A stretch of 63,904 nucleotides of DNA, counting the filler, from Octopus bimaculoides (taxonomy: Eukaryota): the NCBI RefSeq assembly GCF_001194135.2. It is 9 parts of 7 records of this genome, joined end to end, with 100 filler letters (N's around TTAATTAATTAA, not from the genome) between each part and the next. Parts side by side here need not be neighbours in the genome. Positions count along the whole stretch, not along the records: positions 53,887 to 62,481 come from NC_069004.1; positions 62,582 to 63,904 come from NW_026408778.1; 7 more parts are not named here. One strand, 5' to 3'. A program made the translations under genes and the position numbers. Shown piece after piece: positions 60,765 through 63,904 of the stretch. Each line of letters opens with the position of its first letter. Positions within the stretch are counted from its first letter, which is position 1. Under the pieces are notes generated by a model, which did no database searches, was not told where the DNA came from, and saw only the letters and a program-made list of their open reading frames with translations.

Positions 60765-60925
60765 CACGACGGGTTTCTTTCAGTTTCCGTCTACCAAATC
60801 TACTCACGAGACTTTGGTCGGCCCGTGGCTTTAGTAGAAGACACTCGCCCAAGGTTCCACACAGTGAAACTGAACCCGTAACCCTGTGATCGGGGAGCAA
60901 ACTTCTTACCACACAGCCACACCTA
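60355..60925 (-). mobile_element. two SINE family A pieces (about 60355-60680 and 60745-60925)
   Basis: Reverse-complement matches to the family A tail/body and to body/head. Confidence 0.85.
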
Positions 60926-61166
60926 TGCCTATATTATTTACTGTTAGGTGTAACTAGAAATTGTTTCCGCTTCCGTTTTCATGGAGTGTTACCAGTGAAT
61001 CACCAAAATGTGTGCCTTGAAGGCCTGGGAGCGAAAAAGTAATTAATTATAGTGAGAGGAAGTAAATTTAAGTACCCACACGTAATTATGTCCGGATTTA
61101 AAGAGGCACCGGATTATCAGTTGCCGGAAAATCAGTAGTAAGTGCACCCGTATATAAAAACTAGTT

Positions 61167-61373
61167 CTTCTACTACTACTACTACTACTACTACTGCTAC
61201 TACTACCACCACCACCACTACTACTACTACTGCTGCTGCTACAACTACTACTACTACTACCACTACTACTACTACTGCTACTATTACTACCACTACTACT
61301 ACTACTATTACTACTACTAGTACTGCTACTACTACTAGTACTGCTACTACTACTACTACTACTACTAGTACTG

Positions 61374-61413
<40 letters not shown>

Positions 61414-61845
61414 CACCACTGCTGCTGCTGTTTGACTACTACTACTGCTACTACTACTACTACTACACCAACCACCTACACTACCATCATTACTATTACT
61501 ATCACCACCACCACCACCACCACAACTACTACTACTACTACTACCAACAAAACCATTACCACCACCACTACCACCACCATTACTACTATAATGACAAAAG
61601 AATAGCAGGAGTAGTAACAACAACAACAACAACAACGACAAGAACATGAACAACATCAAAAAGTGTAACAACAACAACAACGGCGACGACGATGACAACA
61701 GCAGCAGCAGCTGCAGCAGCAATAACAACAACAACGCTAATACCAGGAGCAGCAATAACAACAGCAGCAACAACGACAACAGCAGCAGCAGCACCGAAAA
61801 CAACAGCAATAACTACAAGAACAACCACATCAACAACAACAAATA
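61167..61845. repeat. compound trinucleotide microsatellite (ACT/ACC/GCT)n then (AAC/AGC/GAC)n
   Basis: Directly visible. Source of the poly-T/L/V/N ORFs. Confidence 0.95.
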
Positions 61846-61854
61846 GATTTCGGC

Positions 61855-62172
61855 CAGAACTTCCGACCATGGGCCCTCCGTTGTTCGATCAACTAAAATA
61901 CGGGGTCCATTGAATTAATATTCAATGGACTGAGTGCACCACAGACACAAAGATTCACACGGAAATCAGGGTGATACAATGCGTGACATGGCTGCATCTT
62001 TCAAATTACAGATGCAATCCACGTCACAGGTTTCCAAACACTTTGGGATATCAGTCGATCCTAAACTATGGAAGAAAAAAAAATCATATTTGCTTAGCGC
62101 GCCACACTGCCGAATCGAAACCGCGATGGCATCAATGCGAAAGCGGACTTCATACCCATTCGGCCATACTAC
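61855..62172 (-). mobile_element. old SINE, family C-related body
   Basis: Minus-strand head tggccgaatgg...cggtttcgattc. Body cagccatgtcac...gtgtctgtggtgcactcag...gttgatcgaacaac aligns with the family C body at 35790-35940. Confidence 0.6.
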
Positions 62173-62420
62173 AAAATAGGTAACAACACTAATAATAACA
62201 AAAGCATCGATATCATCAAAGTGTAGCAACAGATACTAAAATACACTGTCTAGAACTGCACCTGTTCACTCTACTTAGCTTCTGCTCTCTGTTGAGGCAA
62301 ACACGCAGTCAAGATCATGTGATTGGAGATCTCTCCCTTTCTAACTATCGATCTATTTATCTGTCTGTCTGTCTGTCTGTCTAACTATCTATCTATACAT
62401 ACATGCATACATAATACCTG

Positions 62421-62481
<61 letters not shown>

Positions 62482-62581
62482 NNNNNNNNNNNNNNNNNNN
62501 NNNNNNNNNNNNNNNNNNNNNNNNNTTAATTAATTAANNNNNNNNNNNNNNNNNNNNNNNNNNNNNNNNNNNNNNNNNNNN

Positions 62582-62624
<43 letters not shown>

Positions 62625-63129
62625 TCTATAACGATACTGTAGACAAAGCGGCCTCCATCAATTAAACGAGCTAAAATTGTTGCAAATTGATTCATATTAT
62701 GACAGAGACAGTTTGTCTCGTTAAGTCTCGCTCCTAGGCATGTCGTCTGCATAAAACAACCGATATATGCCGCTTTGGTTGAAAAGTGTAATATTAAATT
62801 TGCGGCCCAGTACATTAAAAATTTATCGTCTTTCCAAAAGTAAATTCGAACACAAATTTTATCTTCCTAAGCAGCGGAGTCGATAAATTTCTAGCTTTCA
62901 AGGCCACTTTGTAATACTTTTTTTCTCCAAGTCGGTTGTCTTCCGTCAAATGTCATTTTTCTTTTAAGAGGAAAGGTAGTGTCCATGATCTAGGGTCTCC
63001 GATACTGGTAGAGAGGAAAGAAGAAAGAGGAAAACGGTATCTTCGAATCGGAAACCTGATCTAAATATTTGCAAGAGCGCGGAGTCTGCTTAAGCCACCG
63101 AATATAGCAGGTAGAGGTGTTAAATGGAG

Positions 63130-63570
63130 AAATGGGTTAACGCTACCACCCAGGTAGGCCTTGGTGGGATTTGAACTCAGAACGTGAACAGCCGTAACAA
63201 ATACCACAACACAGCCATCCCGGCAATTCTTCTAATCAGCTTCTTACAATTCTTTCAATCTATTACTTTGCGTTGGTACTTTTTAATTGACCCTGAAACG
63301 AAAACAAGCTAAAGTCGACCTCGGTGAGATTTGAAAACAGAACGCATAGAGCCGGAATAAATACTTCAAGGCATCAGGCTGGACAATTTCTCCGATTTGC
63401 TTCGTATTATTCCTCAAATCTATTGCCTTGGACCGGAACTTTTTTATCGATCCCGAAAGAATAAAAGGCAAAGTTGAACTCAGCGAAATTTGAACTCGGA
63501 ACTTAAAGAGCTGGAACCAATGTCGTGAGATATTGTCCGACGCTCTGACGATTCTACCAATTCATCGTGA
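63130..63570 (-). mobile_element. cluster of about 3 SINE family B fragments
   Basis: Repeated atttgaactc(a/g)gaac and aaagt(c/t)ga(c/a)ctc.gcga motifs. Confidence 0.7.
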
Positions 63571-63880
63571 AATCAAGCTGCAGGATGCTAGTTCCTAGAA
63601 TAGGATTCTTGAAATGTCATCATAATTAATCACCAGTATGAAAAAAGGTAAAATAACACGCAATATAAATTAAAAACAAACCCAACAAAAAAGAAACAAT
63701 TAATTATAGCCTCCTCTTTCACATTCCACTTTACTCTTCTTTCTTTTTCTGCTTTATTTAATATTAAGTTTCATATTGATGTAAGACCAAACAAAAATTG
63801 CAGGAGAGAAGAAACAACGTTGTTATTCCTTCATATCGATTCGATTTTGATGTAGCTGAGATAGAACTGATTGCCTATAC

Positions 63881-63904
63881 CAGTAGTTCCCAACCTAGGG
63901 TCTG
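63881..63904 (+). mobile_element. start of a hAT-type non-autonomous element (runs off the window)
   Basis: cagtagttcccaacctaggg resembles CAGTGGTTCCCAACC hAT termini. Confidence 0.4.

Noticed and set aside
61934-62229. ORFs at 61934-62229 as a possible exon
   Set aside because: The region is better explained as a diverged SINE with A/B boxes and family C body.
62700-62790. LFYADDM on the minus strand as an RT motif
   Set aside because: A stop follows 5 codons later and no other RT motifs surround it.

Overview
AT-rich, microsatellite-laden eukaryotic genomic DNA with many assembly gaps. Intronless-CDS C2H2 zinc-finger arrays with TGEKP linkers and no KRAB box, plus the SINE/LINE content, point to an octopod cephalopod (inference). 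The left third is a small zinc-finger cluster caught in birth-and-death. ZNF-A (+, CDS 7930-9381) has 15 fingers and a tail of about 9 dead fingers. ZNF-B (-, CDS 14650-16674) has 21 fingers. These two are convergent, inverted whole-gene duplicates sharing promoter, non-coding exon 1 and intron. ZNF-C (-, about 22044-25418) is a pseudogene that lost its whole finger array through a repeat/microhomology-bounded deletion. ZNF-C also carries an apparently intact 2454-bp hAT transposon (8-bp TSD, CAG termini, 510-aa BED-DDE transposase) whose protein recalls an oomycete-abundant family. The rest is a TE graveyard: pogo, Tc1, mariner, RTE, CR1, R4/Dong, L1/Tx1, Penelope (two hammerhead-ribozyme-like ends), Gypsy, three tRNA-derived SINE families and MITEs. 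It also holds one convincing 252-bp phase 1-1 exon encoding an atypical glycosylated Ig-like domain (52866-53117) and a 65-bp-arm hairpin (60053-60184). Most ORFs in the supplied track are microsatellite or N-gap artefacts. Repeat boundaries are by eye and approximate unless a TSD or TIR is cited.
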